This document shows, in pieces, positions 38,401-47,304 of a stretch of DNA of 64,000 nt. The translations under genes were made by a program, and so were the position numbers. Below the pieces are notes generated by a model, which saw nothing but the letters and a program-made list of their open reading frames with translations, did no database searches and was not told where the DNA came from. The stretch's first letter is position 1; every line of letters begins with the position of its first letter. Source of the DNA: Myxococcota bacterium. GTDB lineage: Bacteria; Myxococcota_A; UBA9160; UBA4427. The DNA lies in contig OZ252299.1 in the NCBI GenBank assembly GCA_965250285.1, forward strand, positions 5,184,001 through 5,248,000, read 5' to 3'.

Positions 38401-40854
38401 TCACGTGGACTTCTTCGGCCCGCCGAGCGCTTCGGTTGATGCCCGTGTGGGTCCCCCCGCGGCAGCGTGCCGGAGGGCCTCGACGACGCCGCCCGGGCTG
38501 AGGATCTCGGGGAGCACGACCGGGGCCGCGGGCGAGGCGGGGTCGTAGACGAGGTACATCGGGACGCCGGCGCGGCCGTGCTTCGCAAGCTCGAGCCGGA
38601 TGCCCTCGTCGCGCTGGGTCCAGTCGGCCTTGAATCGTGCGAAGCCCAGTCGATTCAGCTCGCCGCGCACCTCGGGTTGGGCGAGGACCATGCGCTCGTT
38701 CACCTTGCAGGTAATGCACCAGTCGGCCGAGAACGCGACGAAGACCGGCTGACCCGCTGCGAGGGCGGCGTCGATGTCGGCGGGCGCGAAGTCGCGCCAG
38801 CCTGCTTCGCCCGCCAGCGGATCATCCGAGGGGCTCGCCCCGCGCGCTTCCGGGGCGGCTTGCGAGTCGACGGCCACGACGTTCAGCCCGCCAAAGGCGA
38901 TCACGATCACGGCCCCCGCGGCGAAGAGCGCGAGGCGACCTCGCCCGGCGTGCTGCAATGCGCCCAGTAGCCAGAGCCCGAAAGAGAAGAGAAGGAGCAT
39001 CGCCGCGAGCTGTGTCATGCCGTCGACGCCACCGCTCTGGCCGACGATCCACAGCAGCCAGACCACCGTGGCCAGCAGCGCGAAGCCCAGGCCCTTGCGC
39101 AGCTCGACCATCCACGCGCCCGAGCGGGGCACGAAGCGGGCTGCGCCGGGTACGAGCGTCACCAGCAGGAAGGGGGCAGCAAGACCCAGGCCGATCGCGA
39201 GGAAGATCGCGACGACGCCGATCGCTGGGCCCGCGAATGCGAAGCCCACCGCGGTGCCGAGAAACGGCGCAGAGCACGGCGTCGAGAGCACGACGGCGAG
39301 TAGACCCTCGAAGAAGCTGCGCTTCGCGCCGGTCGACTCGCTGCCGACGTCCGCGAGCGCGCCGCCGGTCCACTGAATCTCCCACACGCCGAACAAGTTC
39401 AGTGCGAACGCGACCAGAACGAGGCTGACGGCGGCGATGAAGATGGGGGACTGAAACTGGAAGCCCCAGCCGACCGCGGTGCCAGCGGCACGCAGGCCGA
39501 GGACGACCGCCGCCAGGACGCCCATCGAAGCGAGGATGCCGGCCGTGTACGCGAAGCCGTTCTTGACGACGTCGGCGCGATCGCGCTCGGCGAGCTCGGC
39601 GACCGAGAACACCTTGATCGCGAGCACCGGCAGCACGCAGGGCATGAGGTTGAGGATCAGCCCCCCGATCAGCGCCAGCGCAACGGCCGAGAGCAGCGCG
39701 GCGAGGCTCGGTTCGGTCGAGGTGACGGCTGTCGACGCAGGGGGCGCGGTCTCCGGCGTGATCCAGTGCGCGCCGAGCTCGGTGATCTCGGCCTCGGCCG
39801 GCTGCCAAGGCAGCGGCAGATCGATCTCGTACGCGTGATGCGCCCCGCGTTCGGTTCGCCAGCGGATCAGGCCCGTCAGGCGCACGCCCTCGCGAACCTC
39901 GACGTCGTCATCGGCCTCGAGCCCGTACTGTGCAACGAAGCCTGCGCCGGGTCGCGCATGCAGCGCGCCGCGGTCGAGCAGCACGCCGAGGTCGGCATCG
40001 GGAAGGAAGGCAACGTCCTGCACGGCTTGTGTGGCGTCGCACTCGGCGTCTTCGCCGCAGCCATGCACGGCGATGCCGAGTTCGAGCGCGTCCCCCGGGC
40101 GCACGGCCGACTGGCTGTAGAGCGCCTCGACGACGAGATCGGCCGACTCGGGTGACCCCGGCAGCTCGGCGCGGGTGCGCTCGAGCAGCTCATGCGCGAT
40201 GCGCGCATCGGGTGAGGCCACCAACGCCTCGTCGAACGAGCGCCGCAGGGAGAACTCGGCGGGGATGCACTCCTGCTTGCAGATCAGCAGCTGCGCTTCG
40301 ACCGCGACATCCCGGGGCCCGGCGTGTGCGGGATCGACATACACCGGGTTCTGCAAGGCGACGCGGCCTTCGTAGCCATACGTCGTGAACAGCCCCTCGG
40401 CCTCGTCGAACACTTCGGGCGTCGGCCAGAGGATCGCCCCGACCTCGGCGCCGTCGATCTGCCAGTCGAGGCGCGTGGGGAGGCCCGTATCGCCCGGATT
40501 GCGCCAGTACGTATGCCAGCCAGGATCGAGATCGATCAGCACGGCGACCCAGGCGCGCGTTGCGTCGTCGGGGTCGGGTGCGACGAGCAAGCGCGCCCTC
40601 GCGCGAGGCTCGCCCTGGTGAAAGCCATCCTCGCCCAGGGCCTCGGGCGGTACCGAGGGCGTCGTTCTCGAGAATTCATCCGCCGTGGTGAGCCCGGCCA
40701 CGCTTCCGTCGCCCGCATGGGCCGAGACGGACAGGACGATCGCAGCGACGATCGAGAGAAGTAGAAAGAGAAGGAGGGAACCGAACCCGGCCCGAGCGGC
40801 CGCGGCGAATCGGGTCGCGCGCTTCGTCGATCGTCGATCAGGGGCCGGGCACAT
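38401..40854 (-). CDS. dsbD: DsbD-family transmembrane protein-disulfide reductase
   Basis: N domain GWHTYWRNPGDTG...ICKQECIP; TM domain LNLMPCVLP and STPCSAPFLG; C-terminal thioredoxin ADWCITCKVNE...GVP. Confidence 0.92.
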   Translation of the reverse strand: MCPAPDRRSTKRATRFAAAARAGFGSLLLFLLLSIVAAIVLSVSAHAGDGSVAGLTTADEFSRTTPSVPPEALGEDGFHQGEPRARARLLVAPDPDDATRAWVAVLIDLDPGWHTYWRNPGDTGLPTRLDWQIDGAEVGAILWPTPEVFDEAEGLFTTYGYEGRVALQNPVYVDPAHAGPRDVAVEAQLLICKQECIPAEFSLRRSFDEALVASPDARIAHELLERTRAELPGSPESADLVVEALYSQSAVRPGDALELGIAVHGCGEDAECDATQAVQDVAFLPDADLGVLLDRGALHARPGAGFVAQYGLEADDDVEVREGVRLTGLIRWRTERGAHHAYEIDLPLPWQPAEAEITELGAHWITPETAPPASTAVTSTEPSLAALLSAVALALIGGLILNLMPCVLPVLAIKVFSVAELAERDRADVVKNGFAYTAGILASMGVLAAVVLGLRAAGTAVGWGFQFQSPIFIAAVSLVLVAFALNLFGVWEIQWTGGALADVGSESTGAKRSFFEGLLAVVLSTPCSAPFLGTAVGFAFAGPAIGVVAIFLAIGLGLAAPFLLVTLVPGAARFVPRSGAWMVELRKGLGFALLATVVWLLWIVGQSGGVDGMTQLAAMLLLFSFGLWLLGALQHAGRGRLALFAAGAVIVIAFGGLNVVAVDSQAAPEARGASPSDDPLAGEAGWRDFAPADIDAALAAGQPVFVAFSADWCITCKVNERMVLAQPEVRGELNRLGFARFKADWTQRDEGIRLELAKHGRAGVPMYLVYDPASPAAPVVLPEILSPGGVVEALRHAAAGGPTRASTEALGGPKKST

Positions 40855-41130
40855 GGGGGCTTCGAGCGTCCTCGCGTCTTTCGTGATCCGAATCGCATGA
40901 GCGGGGCGAGTCCGCCCTGGCCCTATCGGTTATCGACGATGCTCGATTTCAACCTGTGACATTTGACCCGAACGCCGCGTTCGGACCGAAGCGATTCGGG
41001 GCCGTCCAGGGCTGCGTCTCGGCTGCGTGCGGATGACGCTGGCCTTCATCGAGGTTTCAACTTCGATGCGATGGCGACGCTTGCACAGCGAGCGGAATAG
41101 AGATCATGCGTCGTAAAAAACACCCATCGG

Positions 41131-41146
41131 TGTGATCTAGATCACC
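41131..41146. promoter_or_regulatory. CRP/FNR-family type operator palindrome
   Basis: TGTGATCTAGATCACC matches 15/16 positions of the CRP core consensus TGTGATCTAGATCACA; perfect 14-bp palindrome at 41132-41145, in the divergent intergenic region. Confidence 0.65.
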
Positions 41147-41283
41147 AGAGAAGGGCCTGCGTCGCCGATGATCCCATCAAGCGCGGTTGCGTTCCGCCGC
41201 GCTTTGGCGGGTGAAGTCACTCGTCGTATCGGCGGGTGGTGGGGCCCGAGTCGAGCAGGTGGATGCAGTGAGGTGCCCACGAG

Positions 41284-42546
41284 ATGACGATCAGTCTCTT
41301 CAATCGAACTTCGATGTTCTCGGAGCATGCGGCGAAGCCGTTCCGTGCGGGGCGTGCCCTCGCTCGGTTTGCGCTGACCGCGTGTGTCGCCGCTTTCTTC
41401 TTCGGCTCGCCGGCATTGGCCGGTGACGTCGAGCGGGCGCGGCGAATTCACGACCGTCTGGTCGGCGTCCCGCCGACCGCGGATCGTCTCGACGAGATGA
41501 TCCGCTTGATGAACGACGAGTCGGTCGAAGCCGCCGCGCTCTACGCGCTCGAGCACCCCTCGTTCTATGCCGTGACCATCAAGAACATGGTCACGCCCTG
41601 GACGAACGAGGAGCAGACCGTCTTCGCGCCGCTCAACGACTTCACGGCGCTGGTGATCGGGATCATTCGCGACGATGTGCCCTACAACGAAGTCCTGACG
41701 ATCGACCGCATGTATCACGGTCGAAACGGCGTGGTGCCCAACAACTACTCGCCGAACAACAACTTGCACTACGAGCAGCTCGAAGCCGATCGGATCGATC
41801 TTTCGAACGATCAGGACTTCGTCTGGACCGAGCAGTCGCAGCTGCCGGGCAGCCAGCTGTCTTCGTCCGATGCGGCCGGCGTGCTTACGAGCCGTGCAGC
41901 GGGTGAGGCGTACTTCACCGCAGGCACGAACCGTGCAATGACCCGGTTCACCTTCATGAACTTCATGTGCCGCGACATGGAGGCGGTCCTCGATACGACG
42001 CGACCGCTCGATCGCGTGCGGCAGGACGTGTCGCGAAGCCCGGGCGGTGACAGCTCGATCTTCTTGAACTCGTGCGTCGGCTGCCACGCCGGCATGGATC
42101 CGCTCTCGGGCGCATTCGCCTACTTCGATTGGGTGCCGGCCGACGATCCGCCGAACAACACCGGCCGCGTGGTCCACACCCCGGGCCAGGTCCAGGAGAA
42201 GTACGGGATCAACGCGAACACGTTCCCGGCTGGCTACGCGACCATGGACAACCGATGGGACAACTACTGGCGCGAAGGCCCGAACTCGGTGCTCGGTTGG
42301 CCGGGGGGGCCGTCCGGCGGCTATGGCGCGAAGGGATTCGGCGCCGAGCTCGCCAATAGTGACGCCTTCGCCACGTGCCAGGTCGAACAGGTCTTCGAGC
42401 AGGTGTGCTTCCGCCCCGTCAACTCGGACGCCGACCGCACTGCGGTGTCGGGCATCGTCCAGACGTTCCAGGACGAGGGGTATTCGATGAAGCGCGTCTT
42501 CGCCCAGGTGGCGGAGTACTGCACCGAGGGCGAGGCCGTCCCCTGA
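41284..42546 (+). CDS. Exported protein with one CxxCH heme-binding motif (PSCyt/PSD-like architecture)
   Basis: Signal peptide ending ALA-G; ARRIHDRLVGVPP, GVLTSRA, GTNRA, CVGCHAGMDPL and C-terminal FATCQV...MKRVFA. Confidence 0.75.
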   Translation: MTISLFNRTSMFSEHAAKPFRAGRALARFALTACVAAFFFGSPALAGDVERARRIHDRLVGVPPTADRLDEMIRLMNDESVEAAALYALEHPSFYAVTIKNMVTPWTNEEQTVFAPLNDFTALVIGIIRDDVPYNEVLTIDRMYHGRNGVVPNNYSPNNNLHYEQLEADRIDLSNDQDFVWTEQSQLPGSQLSSSDAAGVLTSRAAGEAYFTAGTNRAMTRFTFMNFMCRDMEAVLDTTRPLDRVRQDVSRSPGGDSSIFLNSCVGCHAGMDPLSGAFAYFDWVPADDPPNNTGRVVHTPGQVQEKYGINANTFPAGYATMDNRWDNYWREGPNSVLGWPGGPSGGYGAKGFGAELANSDAFATCQVEQVFEQVCFRPVNSDADRTAVSGIVQTFQDEGYSMKRVFAQVAEYCTEGEAVP

Positions 42547-42640
42547 CGGCGAACGCCGGCTCTCGGGTGATCCGCCGAGCCAGCGTGCGAACGACGAACC
42601 CAGGCCAGATCGAAGCGTCGAGGGGACCTAGGAGCAGCCG

Positions 42641-44866
42641 ATGAGCATCGCAGTCCATCGTGAAGAACTGAATCAGACTCGACCCGAGGCGGCACGAAGC
42701 CGCATCGCGGGTGCCCTCGTGCGCCTGATCGCACTGGCGGGCGTCGCCCTGAGTGCCGCCGCGTGCGGTGTCTACGAGGGGGGTGACGCCACGGCCGAAG
42801 GCGGCGGCGGCGTCGCGTTCGCGGCGGCCTCATCGGGCATTTCCGAAGCCGATCAGATCGCGACCTTCGAAGAGACTCTCTTCCCGGTCATGCGCGACTA
42901 CACGTGCAAGAACTGCCACATCAGCAGCAACAACTCGGTGCCGTTCAATCTCGCCGACGCGACCCCCTCGGTCGCGTTCCGCGCGATCGTAGACAACAAC
43001 CGGGTGAACTTCGGCAATCCCGGTCAGTCGCGCCTCGTCGCTCGCCTGCTCTCCGACAACCACCACTGCTGGTCTGACTGCTCGTCGGACGGCGGTGAGA
43101 TGCTCGCCGCGATTCAGGCGTGGATCGCACGCATGGACGATCTGAGTGGTGGGCTCGAGGGCGGCATCGACGTGGGCGGTGAGGCTCTCGCGAGTGAGAC
43201 GCTGACGCAGTTCGATGGCGAGACCGACGAAGGCGGCCAGCGCTACTCGAACAGCCTCATCGCTTTCTGGAAGTTCGATGAGTTCGACCCCACGGGCAGC
43301 CCGGTGATCGCCCAGGACACGAGCGGCGTCGCGCCCGCGATCGATCTCGAGCTCGAGGGTGACGTCGACTTCATGCAGGCCTACGGCCTCGACATCGCGG
43401 CGGGTGGTCGCGCGATCGCCTCGGCCGACCAGAGCCGCAAGCTGTACGACATGATCGCAGATCAGACGACGGGTACGGGTCAGTACAGCGTCGAGGCTTG
43501 GGTGGTGCCCGCAAACATCACGCAGGGTGGCGACGACCTCGCGCGCATCGTCACGTACTCGCGCAACAACGGCAGCCGCAACTTCACGCTGGCCCAGCAG
43601 CTCTATCAGTACGTCGCACGAAACCGAAATGCAGGCACCCAGGTGGGCAACAACGGTACGCCGGCGCTCGAGACGTACGACGTCGACCAGGACGCGCAGG
43701 CCGCACTGCAGCATGTCGTGATGACCTACGACCGCGCTCGGGGGCGCCGCATCTACGTGGATGGAGCGTGGACGGGCGACGAAGACGAGTTCGAGCCCGG
43801 CCCCCTCTGGAACTGGGAGACGAACCACCAGCTGGTCCTGGGTGACGAGCGCACCGGCAATCGCCAGTGGCTCGGTCAGATCCGAATGCTGGCGATCTAC
43901 AACAAGGCCCTCGACGATCAGGCCGTCCGCACCAACTACACCGCGGGTGTGGGTCTGCGCGTGAAGATGGTGTTCGACGTCAGCCGCTGGGCCGGCGACG
44001 GAGCCGTCGTCGAGATGTCTCGCTCGCAGATCGACGACCAGTCGTATCTCTTCTGCCAGCCGACGCTGGTGTCGGAGAGCCCCGGTATCCGGCTGCAGAA
44101 CATGCGCGTGCGCGTGAATGGCATCGAGCCGGCTTCGGGTCAGGGCTTCTCGAACGTCAGTACGATCGTGTCGAGCGGCCGCGAAGAGCTGTCGCGTGGC
44201 TGCACGATCGTCGAGAACCCGGCGGGCGACGACGAGTTCGATCTGGTCTTCGAGGTGCTCGGCCCCTACGCCGACCCGATCGACGACCCGACCTACGCAC
44301 CGATCTCGTATGACTACAGCGGTGCCGAGAACCTGCCCGAGCACGGTGTGCGCAACTTCGCGCGGGTGAACGCCGCCATGCTCGAGCTGACGGGTGTCGA
44401 CGCCTTTTCGCCCTCGATCGGGGCGGCTCGAGGCGACAACCCGGGCGAGACGCTCCAGGACGTCTACGACGACCTGCGACAGCAGATGCCCGACTCGTAC
44501 GACGTGCGGTCGTTCGTCAGCTCGCACCAGGTGGCGATCACGAAGCTCGGTCTCGAGTACTGCTCGGCGATGGTTGCGGACGATGTGACGCGAGACGCGT
44601 TCTTCGACGCCGCTCCCTTCGACTTCGATGCCGCGCCGGCTGCCGCATTCGTCGACGCGAGCCCGATCATCGTGCCTCTCGTCGACAAGATGATCGACCC
44701 GGCGGACAACAATCAGCCCAGTGCGCTCGACATGACGTCGCGCCTCGAGATGCTGATCGGTGACCTCGAGGTCGACTGCGGTACGACGGGTAGTTGTTCG
44801 ACGCGAGACATCGTGGCCGGTGCTTGCACCGCGACCCTCGCCAGCGCAACGATGACGATGCACTGA
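42641..44866 (+). CDS. Lipoprotein with N-terminal CxxCH domain and LamG/ConA-like jelly-roll domain
   Basis: Lipobox AAAC; CKNCH, HHCWSDC; LamG motifs YSVEAWVVP, ARIVTYS, QHVVMTYD, IYVDG, WLGQIRMLAIYNKAL; Cys-rich C terminus. Confidence 0.8.
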   Translation: MSIAVHREELNQTRPEAARSRIAGALVRLIALAGVALSAAACGVYEGGDATAEGGGGVAFAAASSGISEADQIATFEETLFPVMRDYTCKNCHISSNNSVPFNLADATPSVAFRAIVDNNRVNFGNPGQSRLVARLLSDNHHCWSDCSSDGGEMLAAIQAWIARMDDLSGGLEGGIDVGGEALASETLTQFDGETDEGGQRYSNSLIAFWKFDEFDPTGSPVIAQDTSGVAPAIDLELEGDVDFMQAYGLDIAAGGRAIASADQSRKLYDMIADQTTGTGQYSVEAWVVPANITQGGDDLARIVTYSRNNGSRNFTLAQQLYQYVARNRNAGTQVGNNGTPALETYDVDQDAQAALQHVVMTYDRARGRRIYVDGAWTGDEDEFEPGPLWNWETNHQLVLGDERTGNRQWLGQIRMLAIYNKALDDQAVRTNYTAGVGLRVKMVFDVSRWAGDGAVVEMSRSQIDDQSYLFCQPTLVSESPGIRLQNMRVRVNGIEPASGQGFSNVSTIVSSGREELSRGCTIVENPAGDDEFDLVFEVLGPYADPIDDPTYAPISYDYSGAENLPEHGVRNFARVNAAMLELTGVDAFSPSIGAARGDNPGETLQDVYDDLRQQMPDSYDVRSFVSSHQVAITKLGLEYCSAMVADDVTRDAFFDAAPFDFDAAPAAAFVDASPIIVPLVDKMIDPADNNQPSALDMTSRLEMLIGDLEVDCGTTGSCSTRDIVAGACTATLASATMTMH

Positions 44867-44916
44867 TCCACGAATCAGGCGAATCGACCCCTGACTCATG
44901 GAGGTTTGGAAGACCC

Positions 44917-46449
44917 ATGGCTGACCATCACGACGACTTCGACATTGATGAACTCGAGCTGCGCCCCCTGCTCCACGAGGGCCACAAGCGTCCGGTGACG
45001 CGGCGCGAGTTCCTGGGACAGGGGATGGTTGCCGGCGGCGCGATCATCGCCTCGCCGAGCCTCTTCGGGCTGCTCGACGGTGACGCAGAGGCGCAGGCCT
45101 GCTCGGTGGGCGCCGCGGGTGGGATCCCGTTCATCGGCTTCGATCTGGCCGGTGGTGCGAACATCGCGGGCTCGAACGTGTTGGTGGGCCAGGACGGCCA
45201 GCTCGACGAGCTCTCGGTCGTCGGGTACGAGAAGCTCGGGCTGCCGGCCGACATGACGCCCCAGGGCGTTCCGGCGGGCACGCAGGTCTTCGACGACTCG
45301 ATGGGGCTGCTGTTTCACTTCGACTCGGCCCTGCTGCGCGGCATTCGGCGGTTCGCTTCGCCGGAGACGCTCGCCAAGGTCAACGGCACCGTGATCTGTG
45401 CCCGCTCGGCCAACGACACAGCCAACAATCCGCACAATCCGATCTACGGCATCAATGCCGCGGGCGCGATGGGCGCGCTCGTGCCGTTGATCGGTACGGA
45501 ATCCTCCGACTCGGGCGGCCGCTCGATGGTGCCGGCGAAGATGTTCGAGCCGTCGGTGCGGCCGACGAAGGTCGATCGCCCCGAGGATGCAACCGGTCTC
45601 GTCGACACCGGGTATCTCTCGCAGATGCTGACGGGTGAGGGGGCGGGTTCGGTCATGGCCGCGATCAAGGACATCAGCGATGACAAGGTCGCCCGGATGG
45701 CCGAGCAGCAGGCCGTCACCGATCTGGTGAACTGTGCCTACAACAAGAGCGCCGATCTCGTCGTCACGTACGGCGATCCGACGTTGCTCGATCCGCGCAA
45801 CGACGATCGATTCGTCGGCCCGGCCGGAATCTTCGCCACAGCCGGCGATCTCGACTCGCGGAGTGAGTACCGCAAGGTCAGCTCGGTCGCGAAGCTCGTG
45901 TGCGAAGGGCATGCGGGCGGCGCCACCGTCGAGTTCGGTGGCTACGACTATCACGGGGACAGCCGGTCACGTGGCGAGCTCAAGGACGAGCGCGCGGGTG
46001 AGGCCATCGGGATCGCGCTCGAGTTCGCCGCACGCAACGGCAACGACCTCTGCCTGTACCTCTTCAGCGACGGCAGCGTGTCCTCCGACGGGACGCTCGA
46101 CAACTCGGCTGATGGCCGTGGCAAGGGCATCTGGAGGAGCGATAACTCGTCGACTGCCGCATCGGTGATGCTGGTGTACCAGCACAATGCAATCGAGCGT
46201 CCGACACTGCGCGATCCGTCGCTGCAGCAGATCGGATACATGCGCGCATCGGCGTCGGTCGAGACGAACCCGGGCGGTGCCGCGACCCAGATTGCGAATG
46301 CACCGGGCCTGCTGGCCGAGGCGGTCGTGCTGAACTACCTGGGGCTCATGGGCCGAGAGGGCGAGTACGCTGCCGTCATGGGCGGCAACCCCGGCCTCGT
46401 CGGCCCGAACCTGGTCGACGAGCTGGTCGCGTTCACGCCGATCGTCTGA
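44917..46449 (+). CDS. Tat-exported protein, DUF1501-like
   Basis: Twin-arginine motif TRREFLGQG followed by a hydrophobic stretch and AEA/AQA; FDLAGGAN, NNPHNP, GGYDYH, FSDGS. Soluble, no TM bundle. Confidence 0.7.
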   Translation: MADHHDDFDIDELELRPLLHEGHKRPVTRREFLGQGMVAGGAIIASPSLFGLLDGDAEAQACSVGAAGGIPFIGFDLAGGANIAGSNVLVGQDGQLDELSVVGYEKLGLPADMTPQGVPAGTQVFDDSMGLLFHFDSALLRGIRRFASPETLAKVNGTVICARSANDTANNPHNPIYGINAAGAMGALVPLIGTESSDSGGRSMVPAKMFEPSVRPTKVDRPEDATGLVDTGYLSQMLTGEGAGSVMAAIKDISDDKVARMAEQQAVTDLVNCAYNKSADLVVTYGDPTLLDPRNDDRFVGPAGIFATAGDLDSRSEYRKVSSVAKLVCEGHAGGATVEFGGYDYHGDSRSRGELKDERAGEAIGIALEFAARNGNDLCLYLFSDGSVSSDGTLDNSADGRGKGIWRSDNSSTAASVMLVYQHNAIERPTLRDPSLQQIGYMRASASVETNPGGAATQIANAPGLLAEAVVLNYLGLMGREGEYAAVMGGNPGLVGPNLVDELVAFTPIV

Positions 46450-46489
46450 ACCCGGTTCGAACACGGACACCGCTCGGTGCCACCCGGTG

Positions 46490-46531
46490 CCGCCATGCCG
46501 ATCGCTCGCTTCGCAGCGATCGGGGTGGCGG
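46490..46531. terminator. GC-rich stem-loop downstream of the three-gene operon
   Basis: ccgcca-tg-ccgatcgct / agcgatcgg-gg-tggcgg inverted repeat; no U tract. Confidence 0.4.
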
Positions 46532-46633
46532 GGGCGGTCCGCGGCTGGGCATACTCTCCCGAGTCACGTCGAGGCCGAATCTCCGATTGCGGAGAGGGCG
46601 CGCCGACCGAGATCGGGAGAATGGTCCGTGCAG

Positions 46634-46996
46634 ATGATTCGCGAGAAGCTCGTTTCGAAGGGCGCTGCTGCCCTGGTTCGCACCCTGGCCGGCGGCATCG
46701 CCGTCGCGCTGCTCTGCGCATCCGGTCCGGCGCTGTCCTTCGCTCCCGAGACCGCGCCCGAGTCGATCGACTCCGTCGTCGAACAGCCCGTGCAGACCTA
46801 CTCGCCTTACGTGATGGCCTACGACAAGCTCGATGTCGAAGATCGTCAGGGCTACAACAGCGAGTACATCTTCGGCATGACCAAGGGCATCATGCAGTCG
46901 ACGCTCGTGCCGGCGCTCAAGCCCGTGCTCGCGATCTTCACCATTCCGCTCGATATCGCGTTCTTGCCGTTCGCGGCCATCATCGGGTTCTTCTAG
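46634..46996 (+). CDS. Small hypothetical exported/membrane protein
   Basis: Signal-like N terminus and hydrophobic C terminus TIPLDIAFLPFAAIIGFF; codon usage matches real genes. Confidence 0.7.
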   Translation: MIREKLVSKGAAALVRTLAGGIAVALLCASGPALSFAPETAPESIDSVVEQPVQTYSPYVMAYDKLDVEDRQGYNSEYIFGMTKGIMQSTLVPALKPVLAIFTIPLDIAFLPFAAIIGFF

Positions 46997-47039
46997 CGCA
47001 CACGTCCACTTTGGGTTGAAACGAGCGGGCCGAGGCGGG

Positions 47040-47270
47040 TTCGCATTCTGGGGCCGTCGTCCTCAGACTGCGTCGGGCCGGCTGTGCGGGATTGGTGTGT
47101 CTTCGCTTCGTGCGGGCGCGCGGGCGCGCGGGCGCGCGGGCGCGCGGGCGTGCGGGTGGCGCTGGCCCGACTTCGATTGCGGGCGCCGGCCCCAGAATGC
47201 GAAGGGCGAGAGTGCTTGCTGGCACCGCGGGGGGGTGGCACGTACGGGCTTTCTTTGGGGGGTGTCGCGG
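47040..47270. repeat. Dispersed inverted-repeat element, copy A (REP/MITE-like), containing a GCGGGCGC microsatellite
   Basis: Perfect 17-bp IR 47040-47056 / 47187-47203; shared core GTCGTCCTCAGACT and TTGCGGGCGCC; (GCGGGCGC)x4-5 at 47112-47156. Confidence 0.75.
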
Positions 47271-47304
47271 CCTGCGGCCGCGGGGAGTGCTTGGGGGTTG
47301 TGGG

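Noticed and set aside
41071..41086. Possible sigma-54 promoter TGGCGACGCTTGCA
   Set aside because: GG-to-GC spacing is 8 nt rather than the required 10.
44917..46449. Calling this gene gspF because a secretin is nearby
   Set aside because: It has a Tat motif and a soluble body with no GspF/PilC TM architecture.
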